Source of the DNA: an uncultured Acidobacteriota bacterium
Lineage (GTDB): Bacteria > Acidobacteriota > Blastocatellia > RBC074
Reading direction: 5' to 3'
DNA: 64,000 bases
NCBI GenBank assembly: GCA_963796275.1
Contig: CAWCKY010000002.1
Span: forward strand, 256,001-320,000
Shown: positions 19,954 through 32,165 of the stretch, in pieces
How positions within the stretch are numbered: position 1 is the first letter of the stretch
Layout: each line of letters opens with the position of its first letter
The notes under the pieces: model-generated
Database searches by the model: none
The model's input: the letters and a program-made list of their open reading frames with translations, nothing else
Told to the model about the DNA's origin: nothing
Translations under genes and position numbers: made by a program

Positions 19954-21600
19954 TCAAGTTGGAAGAATAAACTGGATTGTTGCGCCTTTCTCCTCGTTTG
20001 GTGTAGCACAAAGACTTCCGCCGTGAGATTCGATTATCGTTCGACTGATTGAAAGTCCCAGGCCCATCCCTTCTGATTTCGTGGTAAAGAATGGATCGAA
20101 TATCCGTTCACTATCACGCGGATCAATGCCAGTCCCCGAGTCTCGAAACGCTACCAGCACCTCACCCGGGATACGGCTCAGCGTAGTGATCAGCAAATCA
20201 CGCGGATAACATCCAACTCCGCTCATGGAATCCTTGCTGTTCAGAATGAGATTTAAGATCACTTGCTGCAACTGTACCCGGTCACCCACTACCTGGGGGA
20301 GATCGGCTGCCAGGGCTGTTTGCAGGTGTATCTCACTCTTATTCAACTCGGTTATTGTCAAGGCGATAACTTCTCGAATGATCTCGTTGAGGCTCAGCAC
20401 CGCCCTTTCGGAATCTTTTCTCTTCAACAGGGCGCGAATCCGTGTAACCACTTCACTCGCACGCATGCTATCGCTGATCATCCGCTCGGCCACCTCACGC
20501 AACTTTCCAATATCCGGCGGCTCGCGATTCAGCAGGCGCAGACAAACCTGCCCATTCGTGACTAGAGCGCCGAGCGGCTGGTTTATCTCGTGCGCAATCG
20601 AGGCGGTCAACTCACCCATCGTCGTCACGCGCGTGACGTGCGCGAGTTCTGCCTGCAATTTCTGCAAGGCAGCTTCCACTCGCTTACGCTCGATCATCTC
20701 CGCACCCTGCATGGCATAGAGATCGGTCAACCGCAGCTCACGCTCTGATGGACGATGAGGTTGACTAAAGTGCGTTGAGATCACACCAAGCGGTTCGCCG
20801 TTGCGGTTGAACAAGGGCGTGGACTGCATCGCCCGATATCCGGCAGAGGCGGCGATCTGCTGGTGTGGCTCAAAGTCCGGATCAGTCGATACATCTTCGA
20901 TGATGATGCGCTCCTGCCTTAGCAGAGCCCGGCCACAGGCTGAGCTATCGTCGCAGCTGCCGCTGAAGTGATCCAGGAAATCCTGTTTAAAGCCGCAATC
21001 CGCAACGATCTCTAACGCCTTGGTCTCATGGTTGTAAAGTTGAACATGGCCGAAGTCTGCCTTCTGCATCTCTATTGTAGCCTGAAGGACTTCCTCCAGC
21101 AGCGGCTGGAGTTGAGTGTTCGATAGTAACCGAGTGCTAAGCTCGTGGAGGCGCGTCATGGCTATCAGTTCAGCCGCCAATTCATCTTTCAGGGCATGTG
21201 ATTCGGCCTCAGCCTTTTTGCGTTCGGTGATATCTTCGACGATTCTCACAAGCATCGGATGCGTGGTCTCGGTTCCAGGAATAATTGAGACACTTGTGTT
21301 CGCCCAGATGACGCCTCCATCTCTGCGAAGGTAACGCCGCTCCAAACGATAATTGTGGAGGCTACCCACCTGGAGCTGGGCGAGACGCGACCACGCGTGT
21401 TCACGGTCTTCCTCGAGCGTGACATCAATAATAGAGATTGCCTGCAACTCTTCTGCGGAATAACCGAGCATTCTTTGCAGGACGGGGTTTGCCGCGAGGA
21501 ACCTTCCGCTCACATCGGTCAAACCGATGCCGACCGCCGAGTTTTCAAATACTGCTTGCCACCTCTGCTGGGTAAACGTCTGAGGGCTAATAAACGACAT
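19954..21600 (-). CDS. Cytoplasmic PAS-GAF sensor histidine kinase (FixL/NodV-like)
   Basis: PAS, GAF, GELTASIAHEINQPL, QVILNLILN, FFTTKSEGMGLGLSIS; no TM segment. Confidence 0.9.
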   Translation of the reverse strand: MSFISPQTFTQQRWQAVFENSAVGIGLTDVSGRFLAANPVLQRMLGYSAEELQAISIIDVTLEEDREHAWSRLAQLQVGSLHNYRLERRYLRRDGGVIWANTSVSIIPGTETTHPMLVRIVEDITERKKAEAESHALKDELAAELIAMTRLHELSTRLLSNTQLQPLLEEVLQATIEMQKADFGHVQLYNHETKALEIVADCGFKQDFLDHFSGSCDDSSACGRALLRQERIIIEDVSTDPDFEPHQQIAASAGYRAMQSTPLFNRNGEPLGVISTHFSQPHRPSERELRLTDLYAMQGAEMIERKRVEAALQKLQAELAHVTRVTTMGELTASIAHEINQPLGALVTNGQVCLRLLNREPPDIGKLREVAERMISDSMRASEVVTRIRALLKRKDSERAVLSLNEIIREVIALTITELNKSEIHLQTALAADLPQVVGDRVQLQQVILNLILNSKDSMSGVGCYPRDLLITTLSRIPGEVLVAFRDSGTGIDPRDSERIFDPFFTTKSEGMGLGLSISRTIIESHGGSLCATPNEEKGATIQFILPT

Positions 21601-22415
21601 GACTCCTCCTCCACACTATGATTCATCGGTAGTCTCTAAAACCAATTCTTAAATGATGAATGGAACAGCTTGCATGTCGCCACTTGGTTTACCGATGTGC
21701 CACCGCGGAATGCTCAGTGTCCAATGCCTTTCATCGCAAGCACGGCATTGGTGAGGATAAGGATATCTATGCGAACGCATTTTGAAGACGCTGATGACTC
21801 CTGACTGATGTTGGGGAGGATGTAATATCTGACGAAATGCCCGTTCCCGGATATTTCGGGATAATATTAGAGATTTCACTTTCTCGGATCAAGGCGTCGT
21901 GTCTCCTCCTCCAGTTAGCAAACCGAGTGCCGTACCCCTCTATTGCCCTTAGCACGGGAGTCAATTGGTTAATGAATGGTTTATCTCGGCCGGCAGCACT
22001 CTGTGAGTTAAATTGCCTCGGATGATCGCTCCAAAATTGTGATGACCGCCGGATAAGTTGGCGCTCTTCATTGTTGAGAGGGAAAAGCGATGCCTCTTGA
22101 GAAACTGGCAGAATCGGTCGTCCGAACCTGAGGCATCTTGGCAGAAACGCGAGCTCAAGCTCGCCACACAACGCTGTCCCGCCCCACTGCTCGGTCATTG
22201 AATGCCTGGTGCCAAACAATCTGGCAACGCTAGATACTACCAGGTTACGACTTTCCATGGGAGAGAAAAGACAATTATCGAGGAACGCGTTGATCAATAG
22301 CGGAGAAGTATTACAGCGAAGCATTGATTAAGCGGTTCAATGGTTCCAGACAATTTTCGTGTACGAACCGGAAACAGCTAAATAAAGATGTATTTTATCG
22401 CCTCACACAGCCTTC

Positions 22416-22453
22416 TCATCTCCTGCACTCACCACGTGGCATACAGATTGAAA
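22416..22453 (+). promoter_or_regulatory. Putative sigma54 (-24/-12) promoter of dnaK
   Basis: TGGCAT-ACAGA-TTGAA at 22437-22452; 34/38 identical to 31969-32006. Confidence 0.65.
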
Positions 22454-22646
22454 CACAGAAAGAAGAGCCCGACGGCTAAATCACCCTTAGTCAAAAGGGA
22501 GGAGTCGTTCACGTAAGTCAGGGACGACATTTTAAAACAATTATCAACTGCTGAGAGCGAGAGAGGTCACAGTAGTTGAACGCAACGACGCTTGGAAATG
22601 CAGCTCCACGCAGATTGCAGCATTTTATCAATGGGAGAGGCAAGTT

Positions 22647-24554
22647 ATGGCAAAAGCAGTAGGCATAGATCTCGGCACTACCAATTCGGTAGTCGCAGTC
22701 ATGGAAGGCGGCAAACCCGCTGTAATCGTCAACAGCGAAGGCAGCCGCATCACGCCATCCGTCGTGGCTTATACTAAGACCGGAGAGCGGCTTGTCGGCC
22801 AACTGGCCAAACGACAGTCGGTCCTCAATCCTGAAAATACTATCTACTCGGCCAAACGCTTCATTGGCCGCCGTTACGCAGAGGTGCAGTCGGAGATCAA
22901 GAACGTTCCCTATAAAGTAGTGTCTGGTCCGAACGATGCCGTCCGGTTCGATATCCAGGGAAAACAGGTCTCACCGGAGGAAGTATCCGCCCAGATATTG
23001 CGGAAGCTAGCTGATGACGCGGCCAAGTATCTCGGTGAGAAAGTGACGGACGTAGTGATCACAACACCGGCTTATTTCAACGACGCGCAGCGTCAGGCGA
23101 CCAAAGACGCGGGTCAGATCGCCGGTCTCAATGTGCTGCGCATAATCAACGAACCGACGGCCGCTGCGCTGGCTTACGGCCTTGATAAGAAGACGAATGA
23201 AACGGTCTTGGTCTTCGATCTAGGCGGCGGCACTTTCGACGTCTCAATCCTGGAAGTCGGTGACGGTGTCTTCGAGGTCAAATCAACCTCGGGCGATACT
23301 CATCTGGGTGGCGACGATTTCGACAAGCGGATCGTCGATTGGCTGGCCGAAGAGTTTTTGCGCGACCAGGGCATCGATTTGAGAAAGGACCGCCAGGCAC
23401 TGCAGCGGCTGACCGAAGCGGCTGAGAAGGCCAAGATCGAGTTGTCGAGTGTGGTCGAGACCAACATCAGCCTGCCCTTCATCACGGCTGACGCGAGTGG
23501 GCCGAAGCATCTCGAGTATAAACTCACGCGGGCGAAGTTCGATCAACTGACGGCTGATTTGGTCGAGCGTTGTATCGGGCCGGTCAAGCAGGCGCTCTCG
23601 GATGCAAAGCTCACCGAACGCGATATTGATGAGGTGGTGTTGGTCGGCGGCGCAACCCGCACACCATCGGTGCAAGCTGTCGTGCGTCGGTTGACCGGGG
23701 GCAAAGAGCCGAACCAATCGGTCAACCCTGACGAAGTGGTGGCGATCGGCGCGGCGATCCAAGCCGGCGTACTCGCCGGTGAGGTCAAAGACGTGGTGCT
23801 GCTTGACGTGACGCCCCTCTCATTGGGCGTCGAAACGCTGGGCAGCGTGATGACCAAGCTCATCGAACGTAATACGACCATTCCGGTGCGCAAAACCGAA
23901 GTCTTCTCGACGGCGGAAGACAGTCAAACTGCAGTCGACATTCACGTGCTGCAGGGCGAGCGTGAACTGGCGCGTGACAATCGCACACTCGGCCATTTCC
24001 GGCTCGAAGGCATCCGGCCTGCTCCACGAGGCCTGCCGCAGGTGGAGGTCACCTTTGACATTGATGCGAACGGCATCCTGACAGTCACAGCGCGAGACAA
24101 AGAGACAGGCAAGGAGCAGAAGATCACCATCAGCGGCTCAACACAGCTCTCGAAAGATGAGATCGACCGAATGGTGACAGACGCACAGAGTCACGCTGAC
24201 GAGGATCGGCGGAGGCGAGAAGAAGTTGAAGCGCGCAACCACGCCGATTCGATCGCCTATCAGGTAGAGCGCCAGCTCCAGGAGTTGGGCGACCGAGTAC
24301 CGGCGAATGAAAAGGCGCGGGCCGAGCAATTGATCTCGGAGATTCGCCAGTTGGTCAAGAACAACTCATCAGACATCGCCCGGCTACGCCAGTTGGCGAG
24401 CGACTTACAGCAGTTGGCCCATGGGCTGGCTTCGGCTAGTTATAGTCAGGCCGCGGCCGGCGGGGGCGGCGAAAGACCTCAATCAGGCCCGGGCGGCACG
24501 AGCACGGGAAGCGGCGATGATGTAATAGATGCTGAATTTCGGCAGAGCAAGTAG
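22647..24554 (+). CDS. dnaK: Molecular chaperone DnaK (Hsp70)
   Basis: [31 protein letters not shown]-terminal DDVIDAEF. Confidence 0.98.
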   Translation: MAKAVGIDLGTTNSVVAVMEGGKPAVIVNSEGSRITPSVVAYTKTGERLVGQLAKRQSVLNPENTIYSAKRFIGRRYAEVQSEIKNVPYKVVSGPNDAVRFDIQGKQVSPEEVSAQILRKLADDAAKYLGEKVTDVVITTPAYFNDAQRQATKDAGQIAGLNVLRIINEPTAAALAYGLDKKTNETVLVFDLGGGTFDVSILEVGDGVFEVKSTSGDTHLGGDDFDKRIVDWLAEEFLRDQGIDLRKDRQALQRLTEAAEKAKIELSSVVETNISLPFITADASGPKHLEYKLTRAKFDQLTADLVERCIGPVKQALSDAKLTERDIDEVVLVGGATRTPSVQAVVRRLTGGKEPNQSVNPDEVVAIGAAIQAGVLAGEVKDVVLLDVTPLSLGVETLGSVMTKLIERNTTIPVRKTEVFSTAEDSQTAVDIHVLQGERELARDNRTLGHFRLEGIRPAPRGLPQVEVTFDIDANGILTVTARDKETGKEQKITISGSTQLSKDEIDRMVTDAQSHADEDRRRREEVEARNHADSIAYQVERQLQELGDRVPANEKARAEQLISEIRQLVKNNSSDIARLRQLASDLQQLAHGLASASYSQAAAGGGGERPQSGPGGTSTGSGDDVIDAEFRQSK

Positions 24555-24559
24555 TTTGA

Positions 24560-24603
24560 CGATGTCACATTTCAGCGGCATTAGCGGCCGAAATGTGACA
24601 TCG
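24560..24603. terminator. Hairpin between convergent genes, probably a bidirectional terminator
   Basis: 14-bp perfect inverted repeat cgatgtcacatttc / gaaatgtgacatcg just after the dnaK stop; weak U-tract. Confidence 0.55.
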
Positions 24604-24698
24604 CCGAGGTATAAGTCTTTTGCAATTGGATGAGAAACAAAATTTATCGCTGAACAGATAGATGTCGGCACTGTTTCCAGGCCTCACATCTGATCGCC

Positions 24699-25853
24699 TC
24701 AATGCGCAAGACCCGCTTCTTCAACACGCAACCCGCGCCAGGAGTCTCTCCGCTCCAGGATGAGCGCACCAAAACCGAGGATCAGCACCAACGACTGCAT
24801 AACCCAGCCGATCCAGGGCAGCGAAACGAAGAAGGCAACCACCAGCGCCCCCGCTGCTAACCGGGTATAGGGTGAGGTCGCAGTTTGTTTCAGTCGTCCG
24901 AGTACCCATCCACCGATCAGGTATGAGACAAAAACGCCTGACAGTAACAGTGCTACGCAGTAAAGCGCGAACAGGACTACGGCGAGAGGAATACCGATGA
25001 CTGTGATCGCCAGCAGCACACAGATCAGCGGGATCAGGATCATCCCCAGCAAGCCGGCAAGCAGCACATGTCCTGGTTGCTGCATCATTCTATCGGCGAT
25101 GCGGCGGGGCCACCGCGCGGAAAGCGCGATCGTGGCTGCTCCGAGGATCAGTAACACCAGGAAGATAAAAAGCAATTGCCATAACCAGTTCACTAAGTTC
25201 CACTCCCTAGGACTTCCTTCCTGATTGAATTGAATTCGACCGAGTATCTGCGCCTGCGGCGATATTTCAGGCGGGGTCGGGGCATGAACGACCAGATCGC
25301 CGCGGATTACCGCGCCGGGCAGCACTCTCAAGACGTTGGTGTGAGCTTGCACCGATCCTCCAATTTCTGATGCGAGTCTCGTCTCCGTGGCATTCACCGA
25401 CAGATTGCGCTTCACCGGTCCCAACACTTCAACGGAACTGCCCATCAGATAGGCGTCGCGCCCAACGCTAGCTTGCGGTTGCAGAATGACGGAATTCCCC
25501 GCAAGCCTGGCATTATCGGTTACCGGAGCATTAACGCTGACGTTCGCTCCCGCCGCCCACAGATCATTTCCGACCGTGCCATTGATGTTGACATTTGAAC
25601 CAGCCGCCAGGACATACCCTTGAACAGGACCCGCCATCGTCACGTTCGTTCCAGCGGCAGTCAAGTCTCCCTTTATATCTTTCGCCACATTCACATTACG
25701 TCCTGCGATGACGAGATCACCGTCCATATCGCTTCCAGACTCTACAGTCAGATCGGCGCCGGCGGCCGGCGTCGTCGAGCGAAAGGCGCCCCACCAGAAA
25801 AAGCAGGCCAGCGCTATCGCAGCTATTGCAATCAGAATCCACATTGCTTTCAT
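24699..25853 (-). CDS. Membrane protein with bactofilin-like beta-helix repeats and a 4-TM C-terminus
   Basis: Repeated GD(L/V)xAAGxNVxI/V units followed by hydrophobic helices (ITVIGIPLA, LPWIG). Confidence 0.75.
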   Translation of the reverse strand: MKAMWILIAIAAIALACFFWWGAFRSTTPAAGADLTVESGSDMDGDLVIAGRNVNVAKDIKGDLTAAGTNVTMAGPVQGYVLAAGSNVNINGTVGNDLWAAGANVSVNAPVTDNARLAGNSVILQPQASVGRDAYLMGSSVEVLGPVKRNLSVNATETRLASEIGGSVQAHTNVLRVLPGAVIRGDLVVHAPTPPEISPQAQILGRIQFNQEGSPREWNLVNWLWQLLFIFLVLLILGAATIALSARWPRRIADRMMQQPGHVLLAGLLGMILIPLICVLLAITVIGIPLAVVLFALYCVALLLSGVFVSYLIGGWVLGRLKQTATSPYTRLAAGALVVAFFVSLPWIGWVMQSLVLILGFGALILERRDSWRGLRVEEAGLAH

Positions 25854-26106
25854 TGTTTTGCCCTCCCCTCAGCACGCCAATCTCAGCCCACGGGCGGCAA
25901 CAGAATGGTGTCGTATATCTAGATCCCCTGCCCCTTGATATCCGTCATCACAGAGCAGTTAAGGAGTCAGTGACGGATTGCAAATCCTTCTTCTACCAAT
26001 CAACCGCAGCCCTTCATGCGGAGGGTTCGTCGTGAACGCTGACGTCTCTCAGTTCAAAACCATCCAGTCATTCTGCGCCCTGCTATTAATCGGCATTAAA
26101 TCGAAC

Positions 26107-27237
26107 CTACGCGGTGGCGCTGCTTACCATCTGCACTTTGTATTTATCAAGCTTCCGATAAAATGTGCGACGGTCAATGCCGAGTATCTTGGCTGCCCGG
26201 GCATGATTGCCGCCCGTCTCTTCCAATATGCGCAGAATGTGACGGCGTTCGACCTCCTTAAGTGTGCGCTCACCACCCACAGGCTCACTCGATCCCAACC
26301 TCCCCATCAAACCGCTGATATGTAACGGCAGGTCGGGAATTCTCAGCGTCGGCTCGACACCTATCGCCAGCGCGTGTTCGACGGCGTTCTCCAGCTCGCG
26401 CACGTTGCCCGCCCAGTCAGAGCCGATCAGCAGTCGCATCGCTTCCTTTGAAAAATGACGCGCCTCTTGATTGTTCGCCTCCGAGTTGTTACTCAAGAAA
26501 TAGTCGATCAAGAGCGGAATGTCTTCGCGCCTCTCGCGCAGTTCTGGGAGGTAGATATTGACGACGTTAAGGCGATAGTAGAGGTCCTCTCGAAATTCGT
26601 TTCTGCGGATCGCTTCGACGATATCCTGATTGGTGGATGCGATCACCCGCACATTGACCTCCATGTTCTCGCGCCCGCCAACCCGGCGAATCACTCTCTC
26701 CTGCAGAGCGCGTAGCAATTTCGCCTGCAAATCAGGCTTGAGCGCCTGCACTTCATCAAAAAACAGTGTGCCGCCATGCGCCGTCTCAAATAAACCTCGC
26801 TTGCTCTCAGAGGCTCCGGTGAACGCGCCCTTCTGATGGCCGAAGAGTTCAGATTCTGCGAGTTGCTCGGGCAGCGCGCCGCAGTTGATATCGACGAACG
26901 GCATAGATGCGCGCGAACTGTTGTGATGAATTGCCCGGGCCACCAGCTCCTTGCCCGTTCCTGTGCGCCCGCTTATGAGTACAGTGGCATTGGTTGGCGC
27001 TACTCGCTCGATTATCTGAAAGACGCGCTGCATAGCTTGCGAGCGTCCTATCATTTGACCGGCGCGTCTGCCGTTGCGCGACTGCTTTTCAGATGATGGA
27101 GATACTTCACGGAATGGGGGAAGCGCATTAGAAGCCCCCTGGTGAACTGGTTTCCAGAGAAAGTGATTAACCACAACAACCCTTTCTTGTGACTCCCCGT
27201 TTTGATGACAACCGAGTTTTTTTGCGCTCGCGGGCAT
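26107..27237 (-). CDS. Sigma54-dependent enhancer-binding protein lacking its N-terminal receiver domain (possibly truncated)
   Basis: GRTGTGKELVA, ESELFGHQKGAFTGA, FREDLYYRLNV, WAGNVRELEN, Fis-type HTH; no REC/GAF upstream. Real start uncertain. Confidence 0.85.
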   Translation of the reverse strand: MPASAKKLGCHQNGESQERVVVVNHFLWKPVHQGASNALPPFREVSPSSEKQSRNGRRAGQMIGRSQAMQRVFQIIERVAPTNATVLISGRTGTGKELVARAIHHNSSRASMPFVDINCGALPEQLAESELFGHQKGAFTGASESKRGLFETAHGGTLFFDEVQALKPDLQAKLLRALQERVIRRVGGRENMEVNVRVIASTNQDIVEAIRRNEFREDLYYRLNVVNIYLPELRERREDIPLLIDYFLSNNSEANNQEARHFSKEAMRLLIGSDWAGNVRELENAVEHALAIGVEPTLRIPDLPLHISGLMGRLGSSEPVGGERTLKEVERRHILRILEETGGNHARAAKILGIDRRTFYRKLDKYKVQMVSSATA

Positions 27238-27431
27238 AACTTCAATATCAAAGGCTGAATGGAGTGAGACAGGTTTATAGCTGCACTCTTTGCATACTCT
27301 TTCGAGCGGGGAGAATAATTCACAAAGCAGAGTAGTAGATATACTGCGAAAAAACTATTGGAAGATCAGGTAATAGTATTGGTATATAGAGAAGTCATCT
27401 AAGAAGTTGACGCATTCATATTGGAATTGGT

Positions 27432-28076
27432 TCAGCGCGGGTGGGTGCTCGGGGGGTTGATGCCTAACTTTTCGGCCATACGAATCAGTTCAGCTAACGA
27501 TTTAGCCTGCATTTTTTGCATAACATGGCTACGATGGACATTCACTGTCTTCTCACTGGTGCCAAGTTCTGAGGCGATCTGTTTATTAAGCAGCCCTGCG
27601 ACGACTAAACACATCACCTCGCGCTCGCGGACGGTAAGCGTCTCATGGCGTCTTCTGAACTCAGCTATTTCATCCCGCTGACTTCGCGATGCGCGATCGA
27701 GCTCGATTGCCTGCTCTATCGCGTCAAGCAAGTCCTGGTCTCGAAAAGGCTTGGTGAGAAACCCCACTGCCCCGGCTTTCATCGCCTGCACTGACATCGG
27801 GATGTCCCCGTGCCCTGTTACAAAGATAATGGGGATCTGAATTTGCCTCTCCGATAGTTCGCGCTGGAGATTTAAGCCGCTCAAGCCGGGCAAACGGACA
27901 TCGAGCACCAGGCAACTCGGCACACCCGGCGGCAGATCGCTTTGCAAAAACTCCTGCCCTGAGCTGAAAGTTATACCTTTGATCCCTACTGTTTCGACGA
28001 GTGTTTTGATGGCTTGAAGCATCGATGGATCATCATCGATGATAAAGACAACTTGATCTACTCCCTTTATTTCCAC
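27432..28076 (-). CDS. FixJ/NodW-family response regulator
   Basis: [31 protein letters not shown], LuxR HTH (LTVREREV...NKQIA). Confidence 0.93.
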   Translation of the reverse strand: MEIKGVDQVVFIIDDDPSMLQAIKTLVETVGIKGITFSSGQEFLQSDLPPGVPSCLVLDVRLPGLSGLNLQRELSERQIQIPIIFVTGHGDIPMSVQAMKAGAVGFLTKPFRDQDLLDAIEQAIELDRASRSQRDEIAEFRRRHETLTVREREVMCLVVAGLLNKQIASELGTSEKTVNVHRSHVMQKMQAKSLAELIRMAEKLGINPPSTHPR

Positions 28077-28583
28077 TATCGTTGCCTGCAGTCAGGGTAA
28101 ATATGCCATATGCAGCATGCCTGGCAATCTATGCGAGCAGAGTCCCGGCAAAATGCGATGAAACGCGCCATGATGCCAAATATATGGAAGAGGTAAGATT
28201 CTGATTGCAACTTCGACAAGAAGTTACGCTGCGTCTGTTGTTGGGCGGGAAGTAAAGATAATAACATCCATCTACTACAGTCATCAAGAAATGAAGACGC
28301 CGCTTAAAAGTTGACCGAACGTGTACCGTATCGGAGGCCTAGTCCTCGGCACCACTATGAAGCGATGTTAAGTCAGAAGCAGATTCATGTTCTTGTACGC
28401 CGGTAATGCGATGAGGCATCCGATGAGTTTCGAGCATATTCTTTGCCCGAACCGCCGTCAGCGAGTCCCCCTGATGAGCAGGTAGTGGTCGACAGCTTAC
28501 CCGGTGCTTACCATCCGGTTGCCGCGGCAATAACTCAGAACACTTGCGGCGGCGGGTCTTTTAATCTCACAGGCGGCAGCGAC

Positions 28584-28841
28584 TCACGCAGCGGCGGGTC
28601 GGGTTTGCTCTTTCCCACGCGCATTATTCGACTTGATCCTAGGGTTAGCTGAAGGCGGAAGCCCCAGTTCGTCGCCGATAAATCCTGTCCCCCGGCAATC
28701 GAGACACCGTTCAACGCGCCCCCCCTTGCACTTCAGACAATCTTCGTCGAGCAGACTGACATTCGGCATGACGCCCGTCCCACCACAAACCTGACAGTTG
28801 ACTGTGCCATTCCCATAGCAGGTAAGACACATCTCTTTCAT
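28584..28841 (-). CDS. Small stand-alone DnaJ-type zinc-finger protein (85 aa)
   Basis: Strong RBS gaggaggagaagt-ATG; four motifs CLTCYGNG, CQVCGGTG, CLKCKGGR, CLDCRGTG. Confidence 0.75.
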   Translation of the reverse strand: MKEMCLTCYGNGTVNCQVCGGTGVMPNVSLLDEDCLKCKGGRVERCLDCRGTGFIGDELGLPPSANPRIKSNNARGKEQTRPAAA

Positions 28842-29408
28842 ACTTCTCCTCCTCAATAAATCTATTCCACCTCGCGTTCGGGGGCAACCATAAAGTGCGC
28901 GGATAATATCTGTACGATCTGGGCAAAGGGCAAGCACGAGCCCAACGCCAAGCAAAACATTTGGATTAGGTGTGTGGCGAATTTGTGGTACCTGAAGAGC
29001 AAAACTGTCATCCCCTCTCTCAAATAGAGAGGCGTTCAGACAACGAATCCTGCGGAACCGATCGTGAGCACGCGTTGGGTTTCTGACAGCTTGCTTTTTG
29101 TTGTGGAGGATTGAGAGTAACTCGAGAAACTGAATGTAAATGGCGCGCTTCGCGCTGAACATAAGTTGATCAAGGTATGTGGTTTGCACTCCAATCGCCG
29201 GGACCTTATTAGATGGTTGCCTCGATCTTGATCAGGTCGCCAGCGCAGTCTTCAAGTGGCCTGCGAATCGATTTCTCCTTCGGAGAAATCGATAACGCCA
29301 AGCACCTAATACCGGCCGAGATACGGGATATTTGGCCACCAACTGGAACCCGAATAGGTATGTGATGCTTAGGCAAAATCCACAGAGCCACCAGTGAAAA
29401 GAGGTGAA

Positions 29409-30074
29409 ATGAAGCTACCCTTTCGTAATCGCCGCGAAGCGGGGCGGTTGCTTGCTGCGAGGCTCGATGCTTACGCCAATCGCCCGGACGTGCTCGTGCT
29501 GGCTCTACCACGCGGCGGCGTGCCCGTCGCATATGAAGTAGCCCGCGCGCTCAGAGTTCTCCTGGATATCTTTCTCGTGCGCAAGCTGGGCATCCCCGGC
29601 TACGAGGAACTGGCGATGGGTGCCATCGCGACAGGCGGCGTGCGAGTGCTCAACGATCAACTCGTGCGCGCTCTGCACATCTCGGACCAAATGATCGAGG
29701 CGGTCGCCGCAAGGGAGCAAAAAGAGCTGGTGCGGCGGGAACATATCTACCGCGGCGATCGTCCGCCTCGCGAATTGCGTGGTCGAACCGTGATTCTCGT
29801 GGATGATGGCCTGGCGACCGGAGCCACCATATACGCCGCCATAAAAGCGCTGCGAGAGCAACAGGCTGCCCGTATCGTCGTAGCGGTCCCAATCGCATCG
29901 CCCGAGTCATGCGAGGAGATGAGGAAAGAAGTCGACGATATCATCTGTGCCATCACACCAGCTCCATTTCATGCGGTCGGGCTCTGGTATGAGGATTTCT
30001 CACAAACAACGGACGAAGAGGTGCGCGATCTACTCGCGCGTAGCGCGCGGGCAGACAGCAGCTATGAATCCTGA
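29409..30074 (+). CDS. Phosphoribosyltransferase-family protein
   Basis: FRNRREAG, LALPRGGVPV, PRPP loop ILVDDGLATG. Confidence 0.9.
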   Translation: MKLPFRNRREAGRLLAARLDAYANRPDVLVLALPRGGVPVAYEVARALRVLLDIFLVRKLGIPGYEELAMGAIATGGVRVLNDQLVRALHISDQMIEAVAAREQKELVRREHIYRGDRPPRELRGRTVILVDDGLATGATIYAAIKALREQQAARIVVAVPIASPESCEEMRKEVDDIICAITPAPFHAVGLWYEDFSQTTDEEVRDLLARSARADSSYES

Positions 30075-30117
30075 AAGCAGAGTGAAATTCGTCTAAATTA
30101 CAAACAGGTTTGGCCTT

Positions 30118-31143
<1,026 letters not shown>

Positions 31144-31968
31144 TTCCGAGCTTTCAACATCTCTGTACGACACCGAGGCGCAAAAGATCTCGCAGGTTCT
31201 CCAAAACCCGCATATGCCACCATGGCTTAAAACTATTGGTCGGATACTCGTGACAAAGTTGACAATAACTTGCGATCCACACCAACTACACTCGGGCACT
31301 CGGATCGAATTTACACGCCTTCCGCTTGATCATCTTCAATTGATCATTCGGACTTCTCTTCCTTTCGCGCTTCTTTTCAGTTCGTCGCAGATCAGTCGAG
31401 TTACTTTTTTTATTTCAGATTTTTTCAATTGGGCGCCTCTTCCCCTCTTCCCAAAGGCTTTTTAACTCATCCCATCGCGAGACACTCCTGGAATAATCTG
31501 TGTCAGTGGGCCTACAGACATTTAGTACTAATAATAAGGACTGGCGTAATGATTTTCACCCACTCTTTGGCTCAATTCTCTCTTAGAGTATCACAAGCTT
31601 GGCGACCGTTTCCGCTCGATATTATCGCAGTTGATTGCTAACTTCTGTCATTCTACAAGTTGAATCTACGTCCGAATCTGAGGCAACTTGGCCGAATCGC
31701 GAGCCACAACCTCGCCACACTATTGCTGAGCAACTCCAATATGGGCGGCAGAAAACAACCAAACTGCTCACTTCGAGGGAGACCGGGCACCAGCGAACAA
31801 TTTGCGTGTATGAACCGGAAACAGATCAAAAACAGCGTAGACATTGAAACATCGAATTCATACCATTTTCACGGATGCCACGGATAATCGCGGATTACCG
31901 TGATTGCTTCCGTTTCTATCACTCATTTTTCGGTTAGCCAGACAATCAATTCTTCGCTTCCTGCCCAA

Positions 31969-32006
31969 TCATCTCCCGCACTCACAGCGTGGCATACCGA
32001 TTGAAA
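31969..32006 (+). promoter_or_regulatory. Putative sigma54 promoter of the grpE operon
   Basis: TGGCAT-ACCGA-TTGAA at 31990-32005; homologous to the dnaK promoter. Confidence 0.65.
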
Positions 32007-32053
32007 TGTTGAAATGCCTAAAATTGAAATGCCAAGAATTGAAATGCTTAGAA
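32001..32053 (+). repeat. Tandem 15-bp repeats (3 copies) plus one partial TTGAAATG
   Basis: ttgaaatg / ttgaaatgcctaaaa / ttgaaatgccaagaa / ttgaaatgcttagaa. Confidence 0.85.
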
Positions 32054-32165
32054 TCGAGCCCGGCAGTCTGCGTCAAGATCAAAGTGGCCTCGGGTGATAC
32101 ACATCGGCAGCGATAATATCAACCAAGGAACTGAAGTCTGTTAAGAGCCGGGGATTGGCAGCGTC

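Noticed and set aside
21767-22324. 185-aa minus-strand ORF upstream of dnaK
   Set aside because: No recognisable motifs, and it overlaps the conserved regulatory box1; probably spurious.
22425-22445. GCACTC, resembling a CIRCE half-site, upstream of dnaK and grpE
   Set aside because: No matching GAGTGCTAA half at 9-nt spacing; no HAIR motif seen either.
28842-29189. N-terminal extension of the 201-aa ORF
   Set aside because: A strong RBS supports the internal ATG at 28841, and the upstream part looks non-coding.
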